The translations under genes and the position numbers were made by a program. A stretch of 64,000 bases of DNA, from positions 1 to 64,000 of the forward strand of contig JBFOMH010000032.1 of NCBI GenBank assembly GCA_040830765.1, in the 5' to 3' direction. Of the stretch, positions 42,174 to 51,470 are shown piece after piece; within the stretch, counting starts at the first letter, position 1, and every line of letters begins with the position of its first letter. The notes under the pieces were generated by a model, which saw only the letters and a list, made by a program, of their open reading frames with translations, did no database searches and was not told where the DNA came from. Source of the DNA: Puniceicoccaceae bacterium (GTDB taxonomy: Bacteria > Verrucomicrobiota > Verrucomicrobiia > Opitutales > Oceanipulchritudinaceae).

Positions 42174-43956
42174 TCAGGTATGTTTGCAGGGTGGCCTTCC
42201 TATCGGATCCGGGGAGCTCATGTCCTCCGTCGCCCCGATGGCGGTACTTTCCGGTACGGAATACCAGTCTTTCCACCTCCGGGATAAAATCCGTGAAGTA
42301 GGCGATGCGGTAAAGGACTTCCTTCCCGTCGACGCGGAGTTGGAACCGTTCTGTATTGGAGTCCGGGTTGACGTCGATTTCAATTTCAGTCCAGCGGTTG
42401 GCCTCATAGGTCCCGCCCGGTTTCCAAATTCCCTCATGACGGGCTTCGATTTTTCCCTCTTCTGTCAGGGCAATTTGTACCGGACGCCCGCCATTCGGGC
42501 CCACCACGTCAATTTCCAGACGTCCGTCAATCCGGGAAGGTTTGACCTTGAAGCGGATCAACGCACTCCGGTTCCTCGGGAAGACCTTGGTAACGGCTGC
42601 ATAATCATAGGGATCCGCATCGGAAAGCCTGAGAGCCATTTCCTGTTGGCCCTGAGTGTCGTGAACTTCAACCGGTGCCCACAGGGGGCGGTAGACATTC
42701 CATCCAACGGGCATCCCGCCTTCGGCAAAGGACTCGAAGTCTTCCTTGAAGGCGTTGTACTGGACGGTTCCGTTGACCGGAACCGGAACCCGGCTGACCC
42801 AGATGTCCTCTTTGTTGACCGAGTAGGTCAGCCAAAGGTCATCGCCTGGAGGGTTGCCGTTGCCCGGGAAGATTCCCCGCACATACTGGGGTCCCATGTT
42901 CTTGTAGAGTCCGGGGAAACGCTGCACGGGCAATTCACCGTGGACCGTCAGCAGGTTGCCGAAATGGCGACCGTCTTCACTCAGGGCGACAGCGAGCGGG
43001 TGCCGCAGACGGCTGGTCGGGTTAAAGACAAGGACATAGTGGCCATCATCCGTTTGCTGGGCCCAATACTTGGACGAATTGACGGGAAGGTTTTCCGCGA
43101 ATCCCGTGCGAGTGAATGTTTCTCCCTCATCGATCGATATGGATGCCTGGGCATCCTTGGCTATTCCGACGACTTTCCCCTCGGGATTGCGGTAGAATGA
43201 GAAGGCCTTCCCCTTGACGCGGTAAAACCCGTCCTCGGAGCGGTCTTCTTCCCACCATTGAGCTGTTGCCAGGCGATCTCCCAGCAGGGCCTCACAGGCG
43301 GTAACGAATCCCTCGTCGGGAGATTCCTCATAAAACGGATAAGCCTCCGTCAAATCGGCGTCCAAGTCCTCATGCTGGTTGTAGCGAATAAAAAATACAG
43401 GACCGAGCGACCCGTCGGGATAAATTTCCCGGACAACCCGGCCGATCCCACTCCCATCGTTCGGGCGGGGATAGAGTCCGTGGAAAGCCGTTGCCAGCAG
43501 GCGGCCGTTTGGAGCGACATAAAACACCATCCGCTGGTGGGTGATGGTCTGCTTGCCATCAGGCAGCTGGATTGCCGGGAAAAGCAATCGTGGTGCTTCC
43601 CAGTGGACACCGTCCGTTGAGGAGGTGAAGGAGGTGTCCGTCGGCATGTCATGTTCATTGACCGGTGCGCTGAGATAGGCGAGGTAGAAGCGCTCGTTCC
43701 AATAGGCAAGGTTTGGAGCGTGCAGATAGGTGTGGGCGAGCTTGTCGACATGCTCCGGAAAGGAACGGTTGGCCCGGTAGACTTGAATATTGTGGGTCCC
43801 CACTGCCGGCGCCAGGCCACCATCGGCGGCCGTACTTACTTCCTGTGTGCCGGTATAGACAATCGGGGAGGGGGTCTCATTAGAGACGCAGCCGGTTGTC
43901 CCGAGAAGTATCGAGAGGAACGGAAGGGTCCATTTCTTGAACATCAATTCAGGCAT
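42142..43956 (-). CDS. GH143 Dha (3-deoxy-D-lyxo-heptulosaric acid) hydrolase, stand-alone lipoprotein
   Basis: DGGLAPAVGTHNIQVYRANR, LAYWN, HQRMVFY, PNDGSGIGRVVREI, GPQYVRGI, YSVNKEDIWV match the recalled N-terminal domain of BT1020. Lipobox-like TTGC. ATG 43956 with AAGGA RBS. Confidence 0.8.
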   Translation of the reverse strand: MPELMFKKWTLPFLSILLGTTGCVSNETPSPIVYTGTQEVSTAADGGLAPAVGTHNIQVYRANRSFPEHVDKLAHTYLHAPNLAYWNERFYLAYLSAPVNEHDMPTDTSFTSSTDGVHWEAPRLLFPAIQLPDGKQTITHQRMVFYVAPNGRLLATAFHGLYPRPNDGSGIGRVVREIYPDGSLGPVFFIRYNQHEDLDADLTEAYPFYEESPDEGFVTACEALLGDRLATAQWWEEDRSEDGFYRVKGKAFSFYRNPEGKVVGIAKDAQASISIDEGETFTRTGFAENLPVNSSKYWAQQTDDGHYVLVFNPTSRLRHPLAVALSEDGRHFGNLLTVHGELPVQRFPGLYKNMGPQYVRGIFPGNGNPPGDDLWLTYSVNKEDIWVSRVPVPVNGTVQYNAFKEDFESFAEGGMPVGWNVYRPLWAPVEVHDTQGQQEMALRLSDADPYDYAAVTKVFPRNRSALIRFKVKPSRIDGRLEIDVVGPNGGRPVQIALTEEGKIEARHEGIWKPGGTYEANRWTEIEIDVNPDSNTERFQLRVDGKEVLYRIAYFTDFIPEVERLVFRTGKYRHRGDGGHELPGSDRKATLQTYLIDDVSIESRP

Positions 43957-44953
43957 CGTTGGGTCCTTTTTGTCGCGCCATGCTGGCAGCCATGCGGATT
44001 GCCTCGAGGAGACTGCGGGGATCGGATTTGCCGGTTCCGGCAAGGTCAAAGTTGGTTCCATGTTCTACAGAGGTTCGGATGATGGGGAGTCCCAAAGTAA
44101 TATTCACCCCAAGCCAGATGCCGAGCATTTTCACCGCGACATGTCCCTGGTCATGGTACATCGCCACTGCGGCATCAAACTCACCTTGCAGGGTCCGGAA
44201 GAAGACGGTGTCTCCCGGGTAGGGACCGCTGACGTTGAAGCCTTCCTTGGTGGCCTGTTCAATCGCCGGCTCAATAAACTCGGATTCCTCGCTGCCAAAG
44301 AGTCCATGTTCTCCCGCGTGCGGATTGAGCCCGGCCACCGCAATTGATGGATTTTCGATGCCCATCTGCTGCAAGGCCTCACGGGTCAAGGCAATGACCT
44401 TGAGTATCCGTTCCGGTTGGACGCGGTCCACTGCCTCGCGAAGGGAAACATGTGTGGAAACATGACTTACCCGGAGCTTTCCTGCAGCCAGCATCATGGT
44501 GGCCCCGGGTGACTTGCAGAGGTGGGACAAGAGGCCCGTATGGCCGTCGAAGGTATGGCCGGCAAGATTCAGCGATTCCTTGTTGATGGCATTGGTAACC
44601 ATGGCACCGGCCTGCCCGTTGAGGCACAATTCACCGGCCTTGCAGATGTATTGATAAGCTGCTTCACCTGCTTCAGGCGCAACTTTGCCAATATTCAGTG
44701 TTCCGGTATCCACATTGGCCATGTCGAGAACACGAATAACCTGTGGAGATGAGCCTTCGTCAGGAATCCCTGTAACTGGTTCGACCGTCGATCCTGTTCC
44801 AGTGTACTCTTGCGCGCGCTCAATGATTGTCGCATCGCCGATGACAATGGGATTGCAGATGCGGTGGATATCTTCCTCTTGCCAGGCTTTTGTTATTAAT
44901 TCGGGACCTGTCCCGGCAGGGTCCCCCATGGTGATAGCTATGGTTGGGCGCAT
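43949..44953 (-). CDS. pdxA2: PdxA-family dehydrogenase, D-threonate/erythronate-4-phosphate dehydrogenase type
   Basis: TMGDPAG, STHVSL, GLNPHAGE, MYHDQG, RTSVEHGT; adjacent to a DUF1537 kinase. Confidence 0.82.
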   Translation of the reverse strand: MRPTIAITMGDPAGTGPELITKAWQEEDIHRICNPIVIGDATIIERAQEYTGTGSTVEPVTGIPDEGSSPQVIRVLDMANVDTGTLNIGKVAPEAGEAAYQYICKAGELCLNGQAGAMVTNAINKESLNLAGHTFDGHTGLLSHLCKSPGATMMLAAGKLRVSHVSTHVSLREAVDRVQPERILKVIALTREALQQMGIENPSIAVAGLNPHAGEHGLFGSEESEFIEPAIEQATKEGFNVSGPYPGDTVFFRTLQGEFDAAVAMYHDQGHVAVKMLGIWLGVNITLGLPIIRTSVEHGTNFDLAGTGKSDPRSLLEAIRMAASMARQKGPNDA

Positions 44954-46149
44954 TATTGAATGGTTTGGTCGTGGATATTGCTTAGCTCGGGCCAGACTTC
45001 CCTGGTAATGGTATCCGGCCAGGGATAGCTGCCCGGCTTGATGGTGAAGTTAACCTTATGTTGCTTCAAGGGTGCAAGGGTGACCACCCCCGGTCCCCAG
45101 GCATGCATCATTTCGAATTCTTCCCAGCCTAGTTGCATGGCTATCGAGGCAGCGGTAGCCCCTCCTTCAACAATCAGATGGTCGACATGACCGGACTGGA
45201 GCGCTATTGAGGTAGCCAGGGCAAGTTGCTGGGCCACCCAGGTGGCGTTTCCGGAGTTCGGCTTGGCCTCGGATTGCATCCGCAGGACACAGCCCCTTGA
45301 CTGGGTTTCACCTTGGAGAAGTTGCTTGCCCCATCGCTCTCCTGCAGCCTCGGTCGTGTCCTCTGTAGTGCCCTTGACGGTGACAATATTGGAGGTTTCC
45401 AACTGGTCCAGAAATGCCTGCTGCCCAATGTGGGTTGTGCCAGATACAAGGAGGTATTGCCCTTGGTTGAAAGTGGGTTCCGGAAAGTCAACTGGGGAGC
45501 GTTTCAGGGTCTTGACCAGCGCTTGGAAAAGGCCACCCCCACCAGCTAATAAGGTGGCATCATCCCACAGGCCGGCCCAACTATCCAAATCCTCCTCTGT
45601 TCGGGCATCACCAATAATAATCCCCTTCGTGGGTAATGTGTCCCCGGGCCTGGCCGTATGAACCTCGATACCGGGAACCGCACCTAAAAGATTAACTACA
45701 GCAGCGGACTTTGCCGGATGATGCAGGTCATCAGCGAAGGGTGTCTCGTCCAGGGGAACGCCATCAATGCGGTAAATTCCATCCTCGATTGTCCGACCCA
45801 GATGTGGATTGGCCGGGACGAGAATGGTCCGTTGCATGCCCATGACCCGCATCAGTGTAGAGAGTTCCGCGGCGATGGGTCCACGCATCACTGAATCGGT
45901 TTTCTTGAATAGAAAACGGGTGTTTCCCTGGTCACTCAGTTTTTCGGCAAGATGGCGAACCTGGGCTACTGCTGCCTCCTCCCCGCAGAGCCGGGTTTCG
46001 GTATCATATACGACAAGGTCCGCCTTTTCCTCCACGGGCTGCTGGCTCATGCTGACAATTGACCGCAGGCCCGGCCTGTGCCCGATGGCGGCAATCTCGC
46101 AGGCGCCAGTCAGGTCATCGGCCAGGGCCGTGAAGGATTTCCTGCTCAT
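44953..46149 (-). CDS. Four-carbon acid sugar kinase (DUF1537), DtnK/DenK-like
   Basis: ADDLTGA, DTETR, KKTDSVMRG, EGGATA, KPGSY. Confidence 0.85.
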   Translation of the reverse strand: MSRKSFTALADDLTGACEIAAIGHRPGLRSIVSMSQQPVEEKADLVVYDTETRLCGEEAAVAQVRHLAEKLSDQGNTRFLFKKTDSVMRGPIAAELSTLMRVMGMQRTILVPANPHLGRTIEDGIYRIDGVPLDETPFADDLHHPAKSAAVVNLLGAVPGIEVHTARPGDTLPTKGIIIGDARTEEDLDSWAGLWDDATLLAGGGGLFQALVKTLKRSPVDFPEPTFNQGQYLLVSGTTHIGQQAFLDQLETSNIVTVKGTTEDTTEAAGERWGKQLLQGETQSRGCVLRMQSEAKPNSGNATWVAQQLALATSIALQSGHVDHLIVEGGATAASIAMQLGWEEFEMMHAWGPGVVTLAPLKQHKVNFTIKPGSYPWPDTITREVWPELSNIHDQTIQ

Positions 46150-47059
46150 CAGTCAAGAAAGGGCAAAGGGCGGTTATCTGGTTCTTGATGTCTTCTGCTT
46201 CCTCGCCGCCCAATGTCTGAAGTGGCGGAAGAACATCGCTCCGGCAGAGGCCGATACCTGCCATGGCTGCCTTCAATGCCGCCAGGGATTGTCCCAAAGT
46301 GCGGTTTACCTGGGTGACAGCGGCAACCGCATCCAATTGCCTCTGCAGGTTTTCCGCCTTTTCCCATTGGCCTTGAAGGGCGGCATCGTAGAGTTGCTCC
46401 CACAGTTGGGGTACCAGGTTGCCACTGCTTGGTACGAGACCGTCATATCCAAGCTTCAGGGAATCGACGGAGAGAATAGCTGAACCCATGAAGAGGGCGA
46501 AATCGTCCCGTCCGCCCAGGGCGTTGAAGACTGCTTCCATCCTGCCAGGTGCGTTTTCGGAATCCTTGAATCCGACACAAAGGGGAAGATCGGACAGGGC
46601 CACAACAACCTCGGGGGGAATCGACATCCGCGTTGTCGCGGGGATGTTGTAAATCATGTAGGGCCCGGTGACTTGCTTGTCCAGAAGCAGAAAGTAATCC
46701 CGCATCTCGTTTTCGGTCAGGGGATAATAAGCCGGGAGATGGGCCACCACGGCAGCAACCCCGAGGTCATGATAACGCTGGGCTGCGATAAGGGAATTGG
46801 AGAGACAATTGTCGCCGATTCCGGCATATATTGGGACCTTGCCGTCTGCCGCCTTGACCGCAGCCTCAACCAGTAGTTGCCGATCCTGGCGCGGGATGGA
46901 TGCAGTTTCACCTGTGGTTCCAAGAACAAAGACGCCAAGGTTATGGCGGGCGATTCGTTGGACTATCCGACCGGCGGCCGCTAAATCGATAGCACCGTCC
47001 GCGGTGAACGGGGTGGTTAGGGGGACGATTACTCCGGAGTGATTCATATTCGCCTTCAT
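46115..47059 (-). CDS. DapA/NanA-family class I pyruvate aldolase
   Basis: TPF, GTTGE, YNIP, GFKDS (Schiff-base Lys). Confidence 0.88.
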   Translation of the reverse strand: MKANMNHSGVIVPLTTPFTADGAIDLAAAGRIVQRIARHNLGVFVLGTTGETASIPRQDRQLLVEAAVKAADGKVPIYAGIGDNCLSNSLIAAQRYHDLGVAAVVAHLPAYYPLTENEMRDYFLLLDKQVTGPYMIYNIPATTRMSIPPEVVVALSDLPLCVGFKDSENAPGRMEAVFNALGGRDDFALFMGSAILSVDSLKLGYDGLVPSSGNLVPQLWEQLYDAALQGQWEKAENLQRQLDAVAAVTQVNRTLGQSLAALKAAMAGIGLCRSDVLPPLQTLGGEEAEDIKNQITALCPFLTDEQEILHGPGR

Positions 47060-47062
47060 GAT

Positions 47063-48235
47063 TCAAAAAGCTTCCTCATAGATTGACATTGCAGCTGCCC
47101 GGTCGATGGGCCGGGGGTTGTTGTTTAATAAACGGGTAACCTGGAGTGCCTGGTCAGCCAGTTCAGGCAGGGCCTCGGATGGAATACCGAGACTGCCGAG
47201 GCCTGTTTCCAGGGAGCAGTCGCGGAGCATTTGCTGGATATGTCCGACGGCAGCTTCCGCCATTTCCATATCCGTCCCGGAATGCGCCACTCCCATGGCA
47301 CGGGCGACTTCTGCGTAGCGCGTGGTCGCGGAGGGGAGATTGTACCGCATGACGGGAGCCAGCAGGACGGCATTGGCAAGGCCATGGGGGACCTTGTAGC
47401 GGGACCCTACAGGATAGGAAAGGGCATGGACGGCGGCGGTATTGACTGGTCCCAGGCATAGACCGCCCAAGTAGCTGCCGAGGGCAAGTGCGCTCCTGGC
47501 AATAAGATCGTTCCCGTCCTTGATCGCTGCCACAAGTTGACTCGAAATCAGGGAAATTCCCTGGAGTGCGAAGGCATCGACGAGAACATGGGCATGCAGA
47601 TTGGTATAGGCCTCGATACAATGGGAGAGCGCATCAAAGCCAGTGGCTGCGGTTACAGCCGGCGGCAGCGAACGGGCCAGCTCGGGATCAATAACAACGA
47701 GGTCCGGCACCAGGTAGGGACTGATTACCGCCTGTTTAAGTCCGCTGGCTGGTTCCAGAAGGATGGCGTTTGGCGATGCCTCACTGCCGGCACCAGCGGT
47801 TGTGGGGAGACAAATCAATCTACGTTGGCGTTCCGGCAGAAGGTTTTTGCCAAAGTAGTGGGGCAACCGCGAGGGCTGATCCCCGATGGCCGCGACAAGC
47901 TTGGCGATGTCGAGAACGCTTCCACCACCGATACCAATAATGGTGTCACATACGGAGGCGGGTTCCTCACTGCAGACTGCCTGGAAATCAGCAACTGTCG
48001 GTTCTGCCGGAAGGTCGCTCTTGATGAAGGCCTCAATCCCGCATTCAGCGAAAGCCGTAGCCAGTGTATCGGCTGTTTCAATACAAAAGTCAGCTGTCAG
48101 GATCCAAGCCTTGCGGCTTCCAAGTCCTTGCAAACCTTCAGCAAGCCGCGTGCGTTCACCACAGCCAAACCACAGTGCGGCAGGCGTGTTCAGGTGAATG
48201 GCCCCAAGGGCAGTTGCGGTTTGCGTCGGGATCAT
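47063..48235 (-). CDS. Iron-containing alcohol dehydrogenase
   Basis: GGGSVLD, PTTAGAGSE, DALSH, HAL, PHG, NNPR. Confidence 0.9.
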   Translation of the reverse strand: MIPTQTATALGAIHLNTPAALWFGCGERTRLAEGLQGLGSRKAWILTADFCIETADTLATAFAECGIEAFIKSDLPAEPTVADFQAVCSEEPASVCDTIIGIGGGSVLDIAKLVAAIGDQPSRLPHYFGKNLLPERQRRLICLPTTAGAGSEASPNAILLEPASGLKQAVISPYLVPDLVVIDPELARSLPPAVTAATGFDALSHCIEAYTNLHAHVLVDAFALQGISLISSQLVAAIKDGNDLIARSALALGSYLGGLCLGPVNTAAVHALSYPVGSRYKVPHGLANAVLLAPVMRYNLPSATTRYAEVARAMGVAHSGTDMEMAEAAVGHIQQMLRDCSLETGLGSLGIPSEALPELADQALQVTRLLNNNPRPIDRAAAMSIYEEAF

Positions 48236-49779
48236 GCGGCACTCCTTTCCCCGGATGCTTTCCCGTAGATGGTCAGCTGCTCAACCTCCTCTGGCCGGTA
48301 ACCACCAAAGATCAGGCTGGCTGCATAGCCGACCCCGAAAAGGACAATGTGGCTAAGGACGCCAATGATGATCGGGTTGAGGCCGAAATTTAACGGCAGG
48401 TCAAGAATGTTGTTCTTGGGCTCGGTGAGCAGGGCCCAACCAGTGAACAACAGGCAGCTGATGATGCCTATGTAACAACCGGTTCGTGTGGCCCTGCGTG
48501 TGAGGAATCCGAGGAAGAACAGGCCCAGCATTCCCCCTGAGAGGATGGCAGCAATGGTTACCGCCCGCTCCATGACAGAGGCCAGTCCTTGTTCCGGTAT
48601 TAAAAGAATGGCGATCAGCATGGTCACGATGCCGGCCACCACGACCATGAGGCGGCCAAAAATGAGTTGAAACCTGTCCGAGGCTTCTGGCCGGAGGTAG
48701 TTCAGGTAATCGCGGGTCAGTACGGTGGCGATGCTGTTAAGGTCCCCGCTGACCGAGGACATCGAGGCCGCAAGGATGGCTGCAAGGATCAGGCCGACAA
48801 TCCCCGCCGGCATGTTGTTAACGATGAAGTAGGGGACGACATTGTCGACCAATTGCGGCGGCGGTTGTTCCGTAAGGGCATAGTAGCCGAAGAGGCAGGC
48901 GCCGATAAACATGAAAATGCAGTAGATGGGCACGCAGAGGAGGGCGTTCCAGATTGCTCCACGGCTGGCTTCACGGTCAGACTTGGCGATCAGGTAACGC
49001 TGCACCATGTGCTGGTCGGAAATGTAACGCCTTCCCCAGTTGACCATGTAGGCAAGGATAAAGAGCCATTGGGAGGTCAGCATTGGATCACCTAGAGAGG
49101 TCAGGTCGAAGGATCCCAGGGTGAACTTGCCCGCGCTCCAGGCTTCCCCGACAACAGCCCCGAAGGGACCTGCTTCCGGAGCGAACAGTAAACGGGCCAC
49201 AATAAGCACAGCCGCCCCGACGAAAATAAAGCCCTGCACCACGCTGGCCCAGACCACCGCACTGATACCGCCAATCATGGTGTAGAAGACGGTGAAAAGG
49301 GAGCTCCAGAAGATGACGCTGGGCAAGGGCCAGCCTGTCATCACATTGAGGGCGATAGCCGTGGTCAAAAGGGTCAGTCCGAGATCAAAGAGGCGGTCAG
49401 CAAGAAATCCGAAAGATGCATAGAACCGCCCTCCCAGTCCAAATCGCTTGCCAATGTACTCGTAGGCACTCATGCCCACCGTTCGTCGGTAGAAGGGAAC
49501 GATGTAACGGGCGACGAAGAGCAGCACAATGACCAGGGTCAGGTTACCCAGGAGCAAAATCATGCCGCTTTGGTAGACCGTGGCCGGATGACCGACGACG
49601 GTACCGCTCCCGATGAGGACAGCCATCAGGGTCATGGCTACGGCCCATCCCGGCATGGATTTGCCGGCTATGAAATACTGGCGGGTATCCTTCTGTCGCC
49701 TGGAGAGAAATACGCTCATTCCCAGGATACCCAGCCCGTAGACGATAAGAATGCTGTAATCTAGTGCGGATAAGGTCAC
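48232..49779 (-). CDS. Sodium:solute symporter (SSS)
   Basis: YFIAGKSMP, SAYEY..RF, DQHMVQRY, AASMSS. GTG 49779 preferred because ATG 49836 overlaps the promoter. Confidence 0.9.
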   Translation of the reverse strand: MTLSALDYSILIVYGLGILGMSVFLSRRQKDTRQYFIAGKSMPGWAVAMTLMAVLIGSGTVVGHPATVYQSGMILLLGNLTLVIVLLFVARYIVPFYRRTVGMSAYEYIGKRFGLGGRFYASFGFLADRLFDLGLTLLTTAIALNVMTGWPLPSVIFWSSLFTVFYTMIGGISAVVWASVVQGFIFVGAAVLIVARLLFAPEAGPFGAVVGEAWSAGKFTLGSFDLTSLGDPMLTSQWLFILAYMVNWGRRYISDQHMVQRYLIAKSDREASRGAIWNALLCVPIYCIFMFIGACLFGYYALTEQPPPQLVDNVVPYFIVNNMPAGIVGLILAAILAASMSSVSGDLNSIATVLTRDYLNYLRPEASDRFQLIFGRLMVVVAGIVTMLIAILLIPEQGLASVMERAVTIAAILSGGMLGLFFLGFLTRRATRTGCYIGIISCLLFTGWALLTEPKNNILDLPLNFGLNPIIIGVLSHIVLFGVGYAASLIFGGYRPEEVEQLTIYGKASGERSAA

Positions 49780-49834
49780 GGGAGCGAGGATTGTGGAATG
49801 GTCGCGGGATGTGGAGACAGATGAATTACATGTC

Positions 49835-49880
49835 ATAGAATTTCATGAAATAGGTTCTGTCAACTCTCTTATTTCATAAA
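49835..49880 (-). promoter_or_regulatory. Promoter -35 element with operator palindrome
   Basis: TTGACA on the minus strand 49863-49858; ATTTCATGAAAT 49840-49851; a related site TTATTTCATAAAA at about 49869-49881. Confidence 0.6.
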
Positions 49881-49889
49881 ATAGCCATA

Positions 49890-49921
49890 GAAAAACCGGG
49901 CCGAAGCAATCGGCCCGGTTC
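49890..49921 (-). terminator. Rho-independent terminator of the LacI gene
   Basis: Perfect 11-bp stem AACCGGGCCGA-AGCAA-TCGGCCCGGTT with a U-tract on the minus strand. Confidence 0.8.
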
Positions 49922-49955
49922 TGTTATTCAAGACGATTGAAAGAAGTCAGCCTCT

Positions 49956-51044
49956 TCAGGGATTGGTAACCGATTCCCCGCGAATGAGTGATGGCTTGAT
50001 GAGGATCTCCATGTCCGTCTCCACGTTCGGGTGGGCTATCCGCCAGAGGAGCTGGTCGACTGCCCGGTGGCCAATGAGTTCCGCATGCACATCGATGGAA
50101 GCGAGTGCCGGATGGAGATTGGCGGTCATGGATTTTTCATTGTTACAGGAGATGATGCTAACATCCCTTCCGGCACGTAAGCCCTTGCGCTCGAGCGCAG
50201 TGTAGAGCTGGATCGACGTCCTGTCCGAGGGCACGAATAGGCCGGTCGGCCGTTGCTCCTTGGGGATGGCCAGCCAGTCCTCAACCAGATGGAAGACGTT
50301 CTCCGTCTGGGTGATGGCCGGAAGCGGCCATTGCAGTTCAGTTGGAGGCTCAACCTCCAGCAGGCTGGAGTCCACTCCCTTTTCCTGGCAGGCGACAAGA
50401 AAGGTGGACTTCAGGCGCTCGAACTGGGTCTGGCCGGGCTTGGGATTGAAGAAAGCGACATGCTTGTGCCCCTTTTCGGCGAAATAATCGACAGCCAGGT
50501 GGCTGGCTTCCCACGTGTCGAAGTTGCAGTGATCGCCCTCGGCACCGGACAGTTTGCCCATGAGCCAGATGTGGGGGAGGCGGTAGATATACTTCAGGAG
50601 CTCGTAATTCTGGACCGGTGGCAGTTTTCCCTGGTTGGGTCCTTTGAGGATGAGGCCCTCAACCTTTCCCTCGACGAGGAAGGGTGGAATGCGGTCGCCC
50701 CGCGGGATGTTGGCAATCATCAGGTTTCTGCCCTCATTAGAAAGGGAATGCTCCACTCCCTGGAGGGCCCGGCTGATGATCGGTATCTGGATCAGGGTGT
50801 CTTCCATCCCGAAGCAAATGATTCCGATATTTCCCTGTTTCTGGCTGACGCCGCTACGGGTCGACTTGCGTTGGCGGAGGCGAACGTAGCCCAGTTCATT
50901 GGCTGCTGCCAAAACCCTCTGGCGGATCTCCTCATTAACGTCGGCATGTCGGTTAAACACCCGTGAAACAGTGCCGGTAGCGACCCCGGCGGCCTTGGCC
51001 ACATCGGTTATGGTGGCCTTCTTTTTTGGTTCAAGCTTGCTCAT
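49956..51044 (-). CDS. LacI-family transcriptional regulator
   Basis: HTH TITDVAKAAGVATGTVSRVFN plus a sugar-binding domain (DVSIISCNN, LASID). Confidence 0.92.
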   Translation of the reverse strand: MSKLEPKKKATITDVAKAAGVATGTVSRVFNRHADVNEEIRQRVLAAANELGYVRLRQRKSTRSGVSQKQGNIGIICFGMEDTLIQIPIISRALQGVEHSLSNEGRNLMIANIPRGDRIPPFLVEGKVEGLILKGPNQGKLPPVQNYELLKYIYRLPHIWLMGKLSGAEGDHCNFDTWEASHLAVDYFAEKGHKHVAFFNPKPGQTQFERLKSTFLVACQEKGVDSSLLEVEPPTELQWPLPAITQTENVFHLVEDWLAIPKEQRPTGLFVPSDRTSIQLYTALERKGLRAGRDVSIISCNNEKSMTANLHPALASIDVHAELIGHRAVDQLLWRIAHPNVETDMEILIKPSLIRGESVTNP

Positions 51045-51235
51045 ATAAATTGTTGAATCAGGAGGATTTTAATCTAGTTCAACTGAAACTTGGTGAAATA
51101 AAATCGGTTTGACAACCCGAATTGTCAGATTTGCGCATTTTCCAAGTAGCGCACTGCCAATGGGAAAGAGAACGGATTAGGGGATGAGGGTGGTGTCCCC
51201 GCAGGTGAACGGGTCAGGTGTCGGGAAAATAAGCC

Positions 51236-51392
51236 TTTCATATGAAATAATCCAGCTGGCTGGAAGAGGAAATACCTCGTTAAAGCCTTTACTAAAGGGC
51301 ATTCAGGCTGGCACAAGGGTATCCGCTAATTCTTGTTGACAATGCCTGCCGGGGCAACCTTTATGAAAAAGGCTATATTTCATATGAAATAA
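51236..51392. promoter_or_regulatory. Two identical operator sites and a -35 element
   Basis: TTTCATATGAAATAA at 51236-51250 and 51378-51392; TTGACA at 51336-51341. Confidence 0.7.
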
Positions 51393-51470
51393 TTGACTCA
51401 TTCGCTTTCTTCCAGAGAGAATACACTTCATTGTTTTCACTCTACCGACTATATATTACCCTTCTTTCTC

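Noticed and set aside
43949..47059. pdxA (vitamin B6) and dapA (lysine) biosynthesis genes
   Set aside because: Coupled to a DUF1537 kinase, an ADH and a symporter, the pattern of catabolic paralogues.
51393..51470. N-terminal extensions given by the ORF track (also at 151, 6448, 23479, 24719, 44061 and 49836)
   Set aside because: They overlap operators or neighbouring genes. Downstream starts restore signal peptides or family N-termini.
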